Source: Trichinella spiralis
Lineage: Eukaryota
Direction of reading: 5' to 3'
Length of the DNA: 64,000 nucleotides
NCBI RefSeq assembly: GCF_000181795.1
Contig: NW_003526944.1
Coordinates: 5,238,913-5,302,912, forward strand
The translations under genes were made by a program, and so were the position numbers. Shown here piece after piece: positions 1-11,871 of this stretch (position 1 is its first letter; each line of letters starts with the position of its first letter). The notes under the pieces are model-generated. The model searched no databases. It saw nothing but the letters and a program-made list of their open reading frames with translations, and had not been told where the DNA came from.

Positions 1-2123
1 AATTTCGCTTGACCTGAGATAGGTTAAAAACACCACTGTTCAAATGGTGAACAAATTATTGAAGCACAAAAGCAAACATATAAATTTCCATTAAACTCCT
101 TTCCATAGATTATTCAGCAAAACGGCCATTTTTAATTTGCATCTCAATCGCACAGCACACAAAATAAAGCTGGTGAAAAATGACTAAGAAAGTTATTATA
201 AAAAATATGCAAGTCAACAAATCATACTCTCTTGAAAACTACGCATATTATTAACTTATAGCGATTATTTTCCATCACTTCATGCTACAACTTCATCTGA
301 CTTTCAAAATCATCATGCAGCATAATAATCAAATTTGTTATGCTTACATGCTTTCAATTTCCATTTAATAACTTCCGATGTCAGATTTCAATTCTTTTCC
401 GTTTGGATAACTATATTTATAGCATTGATTTACAAATCACTAAGCTTTAAAGGTGACTTGTACTAATTTACATATGCATACAGATAAATAAAAAATTGTA
501 GACTTAATAGATGCCAGGTTGGGAATGTTCAAAGATGCTTATTAAAAATATAAAATAAATAGTGCAAGCAATCAGTGAATTCCAACAAGCATCTGAGCAA
601 ACTCAGACAAATAATAGCATCGAATGTCTTTCCCAAGTTATAAAAGTACAGATGACTATCACAGATAATATACACTGTCATACCTTTCAATCATAGATAA
701 TAACTGAAGAAGAAAATTGAAGTCCAAGATTATACAGTGATACAATGAACAATATCAGACCATGAAACTGAATACCAGTAAAGGAGCAAATAGTGAAATA
801 TTTTACTTTAGATCGAATAAGATAATTTTCAATTTGTAATAGGGTAAACATTTCAAGTAATGCACGCTCCATTTACATTTTATATAATATTATGGAAAAT
901 ATTATTAACATGCAAATTTATTTCACTTCACCAATGTATATCTTCTTCAAGCTCGTTAAAATACATTTATATGAATGAAAATATTAGTATTCATAATAAG
1001 GAAGTAGCGTTGAGTCTCGTCAGGTGAGTGGCATCTATCTACCTTTGCACGCACAACAGATTACACTACCTATTGAACATCAACCAAACATTGTATAATA
1101 AATTGTAAATTACATCCGAGAGTCAACATCTAAACATCTAGCAATTTTACAGTAATTACGAGCTAACTTAAAAGTCAGAAAAAAATAATGTAACCTATAC
1201 TTATACAACAACATTAATAAATAATTCATTCATTTAAAATAGTAAAAAGTTCAACAAATCATACTTACACATATAAAATCATTTTTTGATAGCACATTGC
1301 GCAATTAGTTATTTGACATTCTATAATTATTATAACTGCACAATATTAGATTTAAAAAAACTACTAGGAGCAGGTAGAATACAATAAGCACTGATCTGAG
1401 TGATAAGTAGAGTAAGTTAGAAAACAATCGAGCTACAAGGAGAGTCGCTGCAAACGAAAGAATAAGGAAAAATATTTCGCAGATTTGAAGCCGCTTCTTC
1501 ACATGCAATTCTTTTAGGCGCTAGAGTTTGTCTAATCGCGTATGAACAGTACAGAAATTAGATCTGCATGGATTAAAAGATATTTTAAATTGACAAAGCA
1601 ATTTTGTCATTAACAAAAATTTTCACATCAATATTACATATGTTTGTACAGTATTTACATAAATACCTGAATTACGTTAATACTGTAATATGATTAGGGT
1701 ATTACATAACATTTAAAAATTTTTAACAAACTTTAGTTAGGTAGTTTTTAAATTAAAATATTGTAAATTAATTACCCTTCTGTTCAAAATAGAGTAATGT
1801 AAAAGAGTTCAGTATTGGTGGCCAAAAGTTGTTCAGTTGCGTTAAAAACTTTATTCCTCAAAAGTGGCATATACAATAGCCTCTAATAAGAACAACAAAA
1901 TTTGAGCCACCTTAAACAAAAATAAAGAATTACACTTAGAAAAATGATAACTGTTTATTTTACTTATAAATTCTGAAAAGTGATTTCATAAGAAACGGTC
2001 AAATAACCATTTAAAAATCAATAATTAGCATCCTTTCAAATTTGTCAGACAGTTCTTAAAATTTCTTCAAAATCAACTGATTTATCTGCATTCAGAAAAT
2101 GAAATAACAATCATAAATGAAAA

Positions 2124-3104
2124 TTAAGGAAAAGGAAGACGTTTAACATTTGGCATTTGTAATGGTGTTGATCGGCTCGTTACTTTCTTCGCAGATCTCA
2201 CTGCATTGCGTCCTCTTTCTTGAGCTGCTTTCTGTGAAGCACGATTGTGGAATGCCATACACGAATATGCCAAATTCTTTAAAACCGATTCACGATATTT
2301 GGAACCAACATGCCTCAGCTGAAAGGCCTTTTGCACGTCGTAAGCGACGATTACGTTCCAAAGGTGAAGGTATTTTGGATCTAAATTACAATTAGGTCGC
2401 CTAATTATAGCACAACGGCAGGATTTCGGTCCGCATGGACAAATGAAAGATGGATTCGTTTGACCCGCTTCAGCAGGCACCGCGCTACTAGCATTTTTTT
2501 GAAGATTGCGCCGGCGTTTGTTTAACGGCTTTGGAGACATTTCTTGTAAGTCTTTGGGAATTTCGAATCCATATTGATCGAGAACAAACTTTCGATGTTC
2601 AGGATATCGATCATATTCTGACAATAATCCAGAAGAATAATACGCATATTGCGAATTTAATATATCATTGGAAAATTTAGTTTGCCATTTCTTTTTAAAT
2701 GAATGAAACTTCAACATTATATCGATATCCATATCTGATACACTGTCATTTTCTAGTCCATCCACATTGGCGTCAAATTCCAACAGCAATCGCTTTAACC
2801 ATTTTCTTTTGCAAATAGTTTCGAAATTAAATAAACTACTCAGTGGACGTTTTCTGCTTTCGCTGCTTTCTGATGACGAACCACTAGTCTGAAGCGGTGA
2901 GTCCGATTGACAAATTTCAAAATTTTCTGGAAATTCCATAGCAACCGGCAGAGGTCTTGATATTAAATTTTGAACTTCGTTAATAACCGGTGTTAAGTCC
3001 AGAGCCTTGGACAACTTGTAATACTGTAGTGGATAGAACTCGTCACAAGCATTGGTTTCACGCATAAAATATCGTTCAATTTCCGAATCTTCAAGTTTAT
3101 GCAT
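2124..3104 (-). CDS. INO80 N-terminal region-like protein (metazoan NTD plus first part of HSA/DBINO), no Snf2 ATPase in this ORF
   Basis: Uninterrupted 326-aa ORF with colinear blocks resembling the human INO80 N-terminus as recalled: PLQYYKLSKALDL ~ PLYLQYLERALRL; LFNFETICKRKWLKRLLL ~ LYNFSKLKKSRKWLKSILL; MLKFHSFKKKWQTKF..QYAYYSSGLLSEYDRYPE ~ MLRLHKYKKLHQNKY..QYQYYSAGLLSTYDPFYE; LWNVIVAYDVQKA..LAYSCM ~ VWLSIVKKELPKA..LAHQCM. Confidence 0.8.
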   Translation of the reverse strand: MHKLEDSEIERYFMRETNACDEFYPLQYYKLSKALDLTPVINEVQNLISRPLPVAMEFPENFEICQSDSPLQTSGSSSESSESRKRPLSSLFNFETICKRKWLKRLLLEFDANVDGLENDSVSDMDIDIMLKFHSFKKKWQTKFSNDILNSQYAYYSSGLLSEYDRYPEHRKFVLDQYGFEIPKDLQEMSPKPLNKRRRNLQKNASSAVPAEAGQTNPSFICPCGPKSCRCAIIRRPNCNLDPKYLHLWNVIVAYDVQKAFQLRHVGSKYRESVLKNLAYSCMAFHNRASQKAAQERGRNAVRSAKKVTSRSTPLQMPNVKRLPFP

Positions 3105-4200
3105 TTCCAGGGTTGAGGCGAAAGTTTCATAGAACAGTAAAACTTTCCTAGATTATAAACTAAATTTCTTGATAAAAATCAGATACTGATATATACATTA
3201 CCTTGAAAACAATTCATAAAAGAAACAACTACGCTTACAAAGACATCAAATTGATGAGAATATAACTTGCCTACAGTATCATGTAATCAAGTTCACAAAT
3301 TTAAATTGTTTAAATATTTATTTGTTACTTATCCATTATATGAACAGAAATTAAGAAAAACACCATTAAACAATTTTACTAAAATTCATGACACCTTTTA
3401 TTACTTATTTTAAAAAGAAAACTTCAAAATGTAATGTCATTTTAAATAAATATTGAAATTCAGAAAGAACAACAACCACATCTTCATTGACAAAAATCAT
3501 TAATTTTTTAACAAATGAAACATCAAAATTCAACAAAAAAGGTTGCAATATTGCATGGAACGCACTTTATACATTTAATGAATAAGGTTAACAAATTTAA
3601 TTAAGCGCATTCATGCATTACTGTTTAAGCGATAGCAATTTTTTTTAAACAATTTAACATTCACCAATTTGTAGACTATTTATTTTATTAATATAGAAGT
3701 TAAATTAGCAAATGAAGTATGCAGGGCATATGGAATGAAAAGACAACATCAAGTCGCAGTAACAGTCAAAATATTGCTTTTCCTTTGGCAAGAGAAACAT
3801 CATCAAAGACAAGAAACACGACAAAATCAAAGCACAAGGTCAAAAATAATTATTCATCTGTTTGTCACAGCGTCAATTATTCTAAATTTTTATTCGACAA
3901 ATGTTGTTTTTCATACTCCATTCCATGAACTTTTGTTTACTTGGTTTCACACTGACATTTTACATAAATTAAATTACATACTTGACCCGCTGTTATGCAA
4001 TGCAAATTTACATCACTTAGGCCATTGTCATAAATACGCTTTATGTGTACCAAAAAAACAAAGGGCATTGTAATAACTTTTTACAAAATAAAACACTGGG
4101 ATATGTTTCATATAATTTATAAACACAATGACAACCGATTAGTAAGGTTATTCGTTTTGAAAAGGAAGTTAATAAAAGTTAAAAAGTAAAATTAAGCAGT

Positions 4201-6483
4201 TCAACTTTCAATCTGTGCCGCCGTCAGTATCGACAAACGAAAGGTCAACGTTGACTTCAAGCTGGGATCACTTACATAAATTTCTTCTCCATTCATCAAA
4301 CCAAGTTCTAAAAATATTTACACAAAACATTAAACTGGAGAAAATATCAAACCCGGTTAAACTATACAATACTTAAAAGTCAATCATAATGATATAAATA
4401 TAGATATAGATATAGATACCACTGACCTTTCAGTGTTTTAGTCAGATTTCCTCTCGACAGATTTTCAAATCCAGGCAGGCTCGGCACATATAATGCACGA
4501 CATGTTCCGTGCATGTATGTAATGGATGGAGATGTAAATTCACTTTAAAAAGCAAGCATTTCAATTTTTTTTGCACACTTTCTTATTAAACAAAATCGTC
4601 GTCCAACTTACAACCTACTGTCCGTTTTCAAAACATTGCATACATTTTCTAGGGTATCATTTTCATTAAATGTTAAAGTTATGGGTTTTCTTGAACACAA
4701 TTCACAATTTTCCTCAAACAGAAAATACCATAAATTAATATAAACAAAAATAAAACAATGTTTACATCACGTTCTAACAACACAGCACCCATGTATATAC
4801 CTTCCCCATCTTGAAAGTTCATATAATTTTCCAGTGGCATAGCAGAGCTAGAAAATTTAATCTACAGCTTTAAAATATAAACATGGTAATTTATACAAAT
4901 TTCATTACCTTGATACTAATTTAAAAACTTCCAAAGCACAAGCAGCTTAACAAAAAGTCTCATTAAAACGTATACACAATAAAAATTAACGATCTACCAG
5001 CTATAACAGCATTTGTTGAAGATACCGCAGGAATTATATTTTTAATAACCCCTTTGGTCAGTCGAATTGTCACCCCATGAATACCAAATGCACCGGCTCT
5101 TTTCACAGCTTCATTATATATCCACTGAATGTGAGCTTCATTATCGCCATCAATTTCCATATCTCAATTTTGAACATTTCATAATTGAACGACATTATAT
5201 ATCATTTGCAGTCAAATGAAGCGCTACGGGAAAAGTAAAATTACGGAAAATGTTACTGTACTGTTGAATCAAATTCATTAACTTTGCATACATTTACTGA
5301 CTTTGAAATATCATATTTGTTAGAAAAAAACAAAATTTAACTATAAGTAATTTCGTCAATAAAAAAATACCTCCAAATGGATGTTTTTCTGACCACGCAA
5401 TTCTCTTAACATATTCAATACAATGCTCAGGCGACCTAGGGGTATTTGCGATCGTACAAAGCTGATATTGAACCTTGAAAAAGTAAACAACAAAATTAAA
5501 AAAACAATAAAGTCAAATTAAATTAAAACAAACTGGAGGTGGATATAGTTCAAGCAAACATTCCACGCATGGACTTAAACCAGGCAATATTACACGAACG
5601 CTGCCTTTGAAACCTTCAGTCCCACCATCGACTAAAGGAATCACAGATGCCATATCAAGTTCACCCTTATCATCGTATCGTAGCAGTCGGACCTAACAAG
5701 ACAAACAAACTTATAAAATAGCAAATGCATCTGAAGAATGTAAAGAACCAAAGTTCTGTTGATCCAACGTCTCGCTGAAATAGAATCCAATCCAGCAACA
5801 ATTACAGCAAAACCTTCAAATATTAATAATTGAAAAAACCAAATAAAATAAATAAATTATAATTATACTCTCATAAAATGATAAAGGTTTCTCTTCAATT
5901 CGACAAAAATGGCTAAAACGAACATATCCAAAAATCAGTATTATTTAAAAGTAGATTTGGAAGGGCATAATATGCAATTGCTAATTATACACGTACGGTG
6001 TGACTGAACAAAAAGGTAAGCGTCTCTCTATTGCCTCCGCTGCCACAATAGCCTTAGACTTACCAATATCTTTTTGCCTGAAAATTCACATATTAACACT
6101 ACAAGTTAATAAAGCAAAATATGTACCGAAAAAGAAACTGTCGATTTAAATTAGATAAATCTATAGTGTCCATGTCAATTACATGAATGCTTCGAAATCC
6201 AGAAAGGGCCTATAAACAATATACATCAACATGCATTTCATTAATAAATAAACATTACCAAATCTTTCAATAATTCACAACCAAGACCACCAGCACCAAT
6301 TACAAGAACCCGACATGTTCCAATCAGATCAATATTCTAAACATACGCATTAATATACTTTGATCACTTTAACCAAAACATTTTTTCTACATATTTATAT
6401 ACCTCAACACTTGGAACAAACTCTGGATGCGCAAAGGGTCCTGATCGTTCGAGAAGTTTTCGAACGCAATGCCAACGATTCAT
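4201..6483 (-). CDS. UBA3: NEDD8-activating enzyme E1 catalytic subunit (multi-exon)
   Basis: Exons read [66 protein letters not shown], catalytic [33 protein letters not shown] and C-terminal [14 protein letters not shown]. Stop TGA at 4201-4203. The true start may lie slightly upstream. Confidence 0.93.
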
Positions 6484-7348
6484 CGAAACAATACTGTCGT
6501 TAAAATAAAAAAATTAAATTCAAAAATTTATTAAAAGCTATAAGAAAAGCTTCAAGTAAATGTAAAAATTACAAAAATTATTACTGTCGTTCAAAAAATA
6601 TTAATCACAGTTAATATATAACTTTATATTTTTTCAAATACAAAACAACTAAAATTAAAATAAAAGAAAGGTTATGAAAGAATAAAAATTTCACATACAG
6701 ATTACTGTACTTTCAAGTTCAATATTTGACATCAAATTATAAGCTACTTTAAATATGAAACACACAAGTGTTAATTATTTAGAGCAAAACATCTGGTGAA
6801 TTAAAATAAACATTATTTTATTAGTTTTCACCAAAATTTGCATTATAATTTTCTCTAGACATTTACTAATCAACCAACGCAAAATTCTAGCACTGAAGAA
6901 TTATCAGATGCCACAACGAAGACATGATAATATAAATATACAAAATGATGCCATTTCGTAATTTAACCGTATATCATATATATGTTAGAATTTTCCCGAT
7001 CAATTTAAAGTACTTTTCATGCAAAAAATAATTATTAAAAGCAATTGTTATCGTTGAAGAGTTGATCAGTTAAGAAAAAGCAAAATAATTTGTTAGGTCA
7101 GGTTTCAAAGTTAATTCAAATTTTATCAAAATTATATAAAGTATAAAAAAATTCGTGCATCAAATTAGAATGTCACACTTTTCAGAATTTAAATTAAGCC
7201 AATCTTAACATATTAAATGTTAAGGGTATCAGTGAACAGTAATTTTAGTAAAAAAAATCAAGTACAATTAAATGGCATGATGCACACATTACAATCATTT
7301 GTGAACAATGAAGAAAAGAATGAACAGTTTCGCCAGTGAGAAAAAAAT

Positions 7349-8899
7349 TTATTTCCAACGAACAATAAAATGTTTTCTTCTTCCAATACGCAAAACAGTG
7401 AGTAAATTTGAAAGTGAATAAAGTTCATTACCAGTAAGACATAACGTCGGATTGGTAATTTTGAAATTGTTCACGTGAAACCCTCCTTGATTAATGGTAC
7501 GCTCAGCCGTGTTGACATCGTCGAAACAACCGGCTTTTAGCGCCAAACTGATAGCACTGATGGGTAAAGCTTGCCGAGAGAGCTGTACACCGGGCACTTC
7601 ACGGCATAAAATATTTAAATCGTTTTCATCCAAATCGCCTATACCATGAAGACGGTGGTCGAATAAAATTTCAGTGATTCTCTTCGCCAAAGCTAATCCA
7701 CTTTCTGAATGAACTAAAAGTGTCAATTGGTCGGCCAGAAAGCGTTGGGCAATCCTCTTTTCAGGTTGCTGGCAATGATCATCCAAAATTCGCTCCAAAT
7801 CAGCTTCTGAGCAAAAGCTGAACAACTTCATCATTGACTTGGCTTCTTCGTCAGTGAGTTGTAAAAAATACTGATAGAACACAAACGATGAAGTTCTAGA
7901 ACTGCTCAACCAAAGCGAGCTACCAACACTTTTTCCAATCTTCTCGCCAGTGCTGGACAACATTAGAGGAACCAACAAACCATATGCAGATTGATTGTGA
8001 AAAAAGCGAATCAAATCATGACCGGAATGAATGTTGCCAGTTTGATCAGCTCCACCAATTTGAAGCAAGCAGCCAAATTTTTCGTACAGATGAAGCCAGT
8101 CATACGCTTGAAGCGTTTGATAGCTGAAAAAAATATATTCACATTACACAATAAGTCAGTGAATTTTACACAAACAAGTTAATATTCTTAACATACGCAG
8201 AAAATGTGCTCCATTAATGGAACTTCTCGTCAACAAGATATATATTGTGTGAAAATTTAAATTCACAAAAGAAAAAAAGAAGACAAACCTAAACTCCGCA
8301 TAACTCATTCCTTCACGGTGAATTCGTTCTCTGATACACTGTTTGTCCATCATATGTCTAAGGCGAAATGCTCGACCCACAGCATCAAAAAAGTCCAGAA
8401 CATTCATCTGGTGATACCAATCAGTATTGTCAAGAACAGCAGGAGTAGACAAAACATTGGTTGAATTGAGAGATATTTTTATTTTTTCAAAATTTCTTAA
8501 AATACTTTTCAATGTGAACTCTATACACTGTGAGTTGGATTGAATTTCATCTAAACTTAATCTATCACGTTCCACACTTCTGCCGCTGGGATCACCAAGT
8601 CTCGACGTGGCACTACCAACAAGAAATATAATTTTGAATCCGTGCAAATGAAATCTGAGCAACGTACAAACAATTAACAGATTTCCAATGTGTAAACTGT
8701 CACCGCTTGGGTCAAACCCAGCATAAATGCAAGGCTGCACTCCGCGTATAGATTCCAAATTATTTAACAGAGAATCTGGAAATGATGTTTTTATTGCTCC
8801 TCGACGAATTGCACATTGAACCGCTTCAACAACATCTGTAGAACTCTGAGAAGAGTGATATTTCAAAAACACGCGTAAACAGTGCCAAAAGTGTTTCAT
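7349..8899 (-). CDS. YARS2: Mitochondrial (bacterial-type) tyrosyl-tRNA synthetase, 2 exons (8899-8289, 8123-7349)
   Basis: YAGFDPSGDSLHIGN (HIGH), GDPSGRSVER, SYAEFSYQTLQAYD across a GT-AG intron (8288-8124), QIGGADQTGNI, KIGKS (KMSKS), and a C-terminal S4-like region. The N-terminus looks like a targeting peptide. Confidence 0.93.
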
Positions 8900-9755
8900 T
8901 CACAAAACTTCAAACAACTGATTTCAACATTTCCCAGAACTACCACATAATACAGTATACATGAAAGAATAATTTTATTAAACTTTTTAAAATTTATGTT
9001 TATTTTTATGTTCATGAAAAACAAGAAAATGCAGGAATTGCTTTATAAAATTGTTTTTATCCCAACTTCATTATTTTATTTTTTTTATCTTATTTTATCC
9101 GCCTGTGTGAGTGCTATGAGCAACTGTGTCAATATTAGCAAATGTAACTTGGCATTAGTTTCACTCTTTATTTCAAGTTTAGATGTCGGTCAGTTTACGT
9201 TTACTATCATGTTATATTTGCTTATTTGTTCAGATAAACACTTCACAAAATAAAGTAACATATTTAAGACATCTAATATATTTAGCCAGCTCAGAGAAAA
9301 ACAGAAAAATAATACAATTTATTATTATAAATATCACTAAAATCTATAGCTTATTTAAACAAAACTTTCATTTCAAATTTCAAAACTCCTTATTTATACT
9401 TGCATTTCTCTGACAGTTACAGTACCACAAAAAGACACCTATGCATAATAATCGTCTCACTGTTTAAAAAATATTTCAAATAGAGCCTTTATTTTATATT
9501 GGAACACTAATGATTCATGCCGAAGTGATTCTGTTGATTACTTCAACCTTTTAAATAACTGTAATATTTAACCATTAATTTTGTTTATTAAGCATTTTGG
9601 AAAATTGTATAGTATTCTATCATTATAGTCATTTGTTAAAATGTAAAAATTGCAAACGATTTTTTGCATGTGTGGACAAGTGGAGCTGCTGCTTGTGTTG
9701 TTTTGTGAATGCTGTTACCTTCTGAATATTGTCATTTTAGCTTCATTATTGAAGT

Positions 9756-10965
9756 ATGTCAGCGGTAAGTAATGTTAAAACAAGCTTGACAATTCCGAAT
9801 TCGGAAGGCAACTTTTCAATAAATTGGAAAAATCTGAAGAAAATTATAGTTGAAGAACAACAAAAAAGGAATAATGAACAAACTGACCGAACAAACAAAC
9901 GAAACAGAAAGCCTGTTAAAAAGCGAAAAAGTGAGTTTGATAAAATGACTATCTTTATTATGACTCTTTATTTACAAAAGATTCGAAAAACGTTGAAATA
10001 TTGAAATTGACATGTTTCTCACTTTTGAATGGCTTTAGGTAGCATTCTTGTATTTTTAAAGCTAGCTCGAATTTCAATTCGGGTGTCTCGTTTCATATAT
10101 GTAAAAGTAGACTTTTCCAAGATATATTTGAACAGTGTAATGTTTGTGTAATTTTCAAATGTAAATGATCTCTGAAGGGATGTCTTTTTTTGCTTGATCT
10201 GATTCCATGATTTTAGCGAAGAAGTCATCTTCAGAAACAATCGCTGGTGATGATGATGATGTTCCTCATCCGGAAAGGTAATTTGTCAACTGAAGCAATT
10301 TAAAATTAAAAAATATTGTTTAGAATAACGAAAATTATTGCCTTGGACTGTGAATTTGTCGGTAGTGAAGAAAATGACGATCTTCTAGCACGTGTTTCAA
10401 TATGCAATTCTGAAGGAAAATGTGTATATGATAAATTCGTCAAACCGAATGTTCCAGTTAAAGATTACCGTACTGCAGTCAGTGGTGTCCGAAAGAAAGA
10501 TCTTATTAACGGTAAGAAGTTTCCATTCACATTCATTATTGAACAGCCTGTTATCCATTCATTCAAGCTGACAGTTTCGATGCAGTGCAACGAGAAGTAT
10601 GTGAAATATTAAAAGGGAGAGTACTCGTTGGTCATAACGTGTCCAAAGACCTCAGTGTTCTGGCACTTTCTCATTCGAAAAGGATGATTCGCGATACGTC
10701 CACTTTTCCACCTTTCCGTAGCTTGGCGAAAACACGCTTTCCCAAGTTAAAAACTTTAGCAAAACTAATTCTTGGAATGGATATCCAGAGCGGCGAACAT
10801 TGTTCAGTAAGTAATTATGACAAACGTACATAACAGTGTACAATGTTCCTACTTAAATAGATAGAAGATGCACGCGCAACTATGTTTCTTTACAATCAGC
10901 ACAAGAAACAGTGGGAGAAGTGGATTTCCAAGCAAAAGCTGAATAAAAAGAACCAATCTTCATGA
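9756..10965 (+). CDS. REXO4: RNA exonuclease 4 (DEDDh 3'-5' exonuclease), multi-exon
   Basis: N-terminal FSINWKNL, then [87 protein letters not shown]. Stop at 10963-10965; AATAAA at ~10989. Confidence 0.9.
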
Positions 10966-11125
10966 TTCCTTTTTTGATGTTATTCTTCAATAAAAAGCAA
11001 AAGTCACAGAATCATGTTTAATACCCGTGGCATGTACAACAGAAGAGACGTGGCCTTATTTGATGTATCAAAAAAATTATAACTCAAGCTAAAAATTACT
11101 GGCCACTCGCAAACGCCCTCTTCCC

Positions 11126-11871
11126 TCACACATCGCCACCAGCATTTTCGCCTTCTTGCTTCGCGTCATTTGCCACTCTATAGAAGAAACGCACTGATAA
11201 GCTCGACAGGAACTTAAATAATAAAAAAGAAAAATAGACAAACCCTTCGGAGCCACCAGCTTCAGTAGCGGTGTTTGGGCATTCACGCGCCAAGTGTCCG
11301 GTGTTACCGCAGGTAAAGCACTTTCGCCCTCCCACATTTCGATCTCTGTTAGGGGGATTCGGACAGTCACGAGCGAAGTGCCCCTTCTGATTGCATAAAA
11401 AGCACTAAATAAAAAGAGAAAAAGAAGTGCTAAATAAATTAAACATATGTAATAAAGCATTGTACCGAAAGCCCACGACCACATTCTTTAGCGAAGTGCC
11501 CGCTTTCACCGCAAGTGTAGCACACAGAACGGCCACGCCCATAAACTCCTCCACCATAGTTACCACGGTAACCACCTCGAACACCGTATCCATCGTAGGC
11601 ATCGCCTCGAGATTGACAATTTCTTGCCAAATGACCAACTCGGTTACAGTTGAAACAACGGTCTTTAAAAATTACGAACATTAAATACGTACAAGTTCGA
11701 GGATAACTTTCGGGTAATTCGAAGATAATTTAAAAAATTACCATTCCCACCACCGCGACTAAAAGCACGACCTCGACCACCGCCTCGACCACCACGGTAT
11801 CCACCATCTCCAGACTCAGTACAATCTCGCGCAAAATGTCCAGGTTGATGGCATTTGTAACACTCACTCAT
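11126..11871 (-). CDS. CNBP: CNBP/GIS2-like CCHC zinc-knuckle nucleic-acid-binding protein with RGG repeats (4 coding exons)
   Basis: Five CX2CX4HX4C knuckles (CYKCHQPGHFARDC, CFNCNRVGHLARNC, CYTCGESGHFAKEC, CFLCNQKGHFARDC, CFTCGNTGHLAREC) with an RGG box after knuckle 1. Probable 5'UTR exon donor (GTGAGT) near 12313. Confidence 0.85.

Noticed and set aside
1..2100. Possible downstream INO80 exons or a membrane-protein gene (ORFs 687-872, 1305-1508)
   Set aside because: No recognisable motifs and no phase-consistent exon chain found; left uncalled.
11126..11871. CCHC knuckles as a retroelement Gag
   Set aside because: Spliced gene with RGG boxes; no protease, RT or LTRs nearby; fits CNBP.
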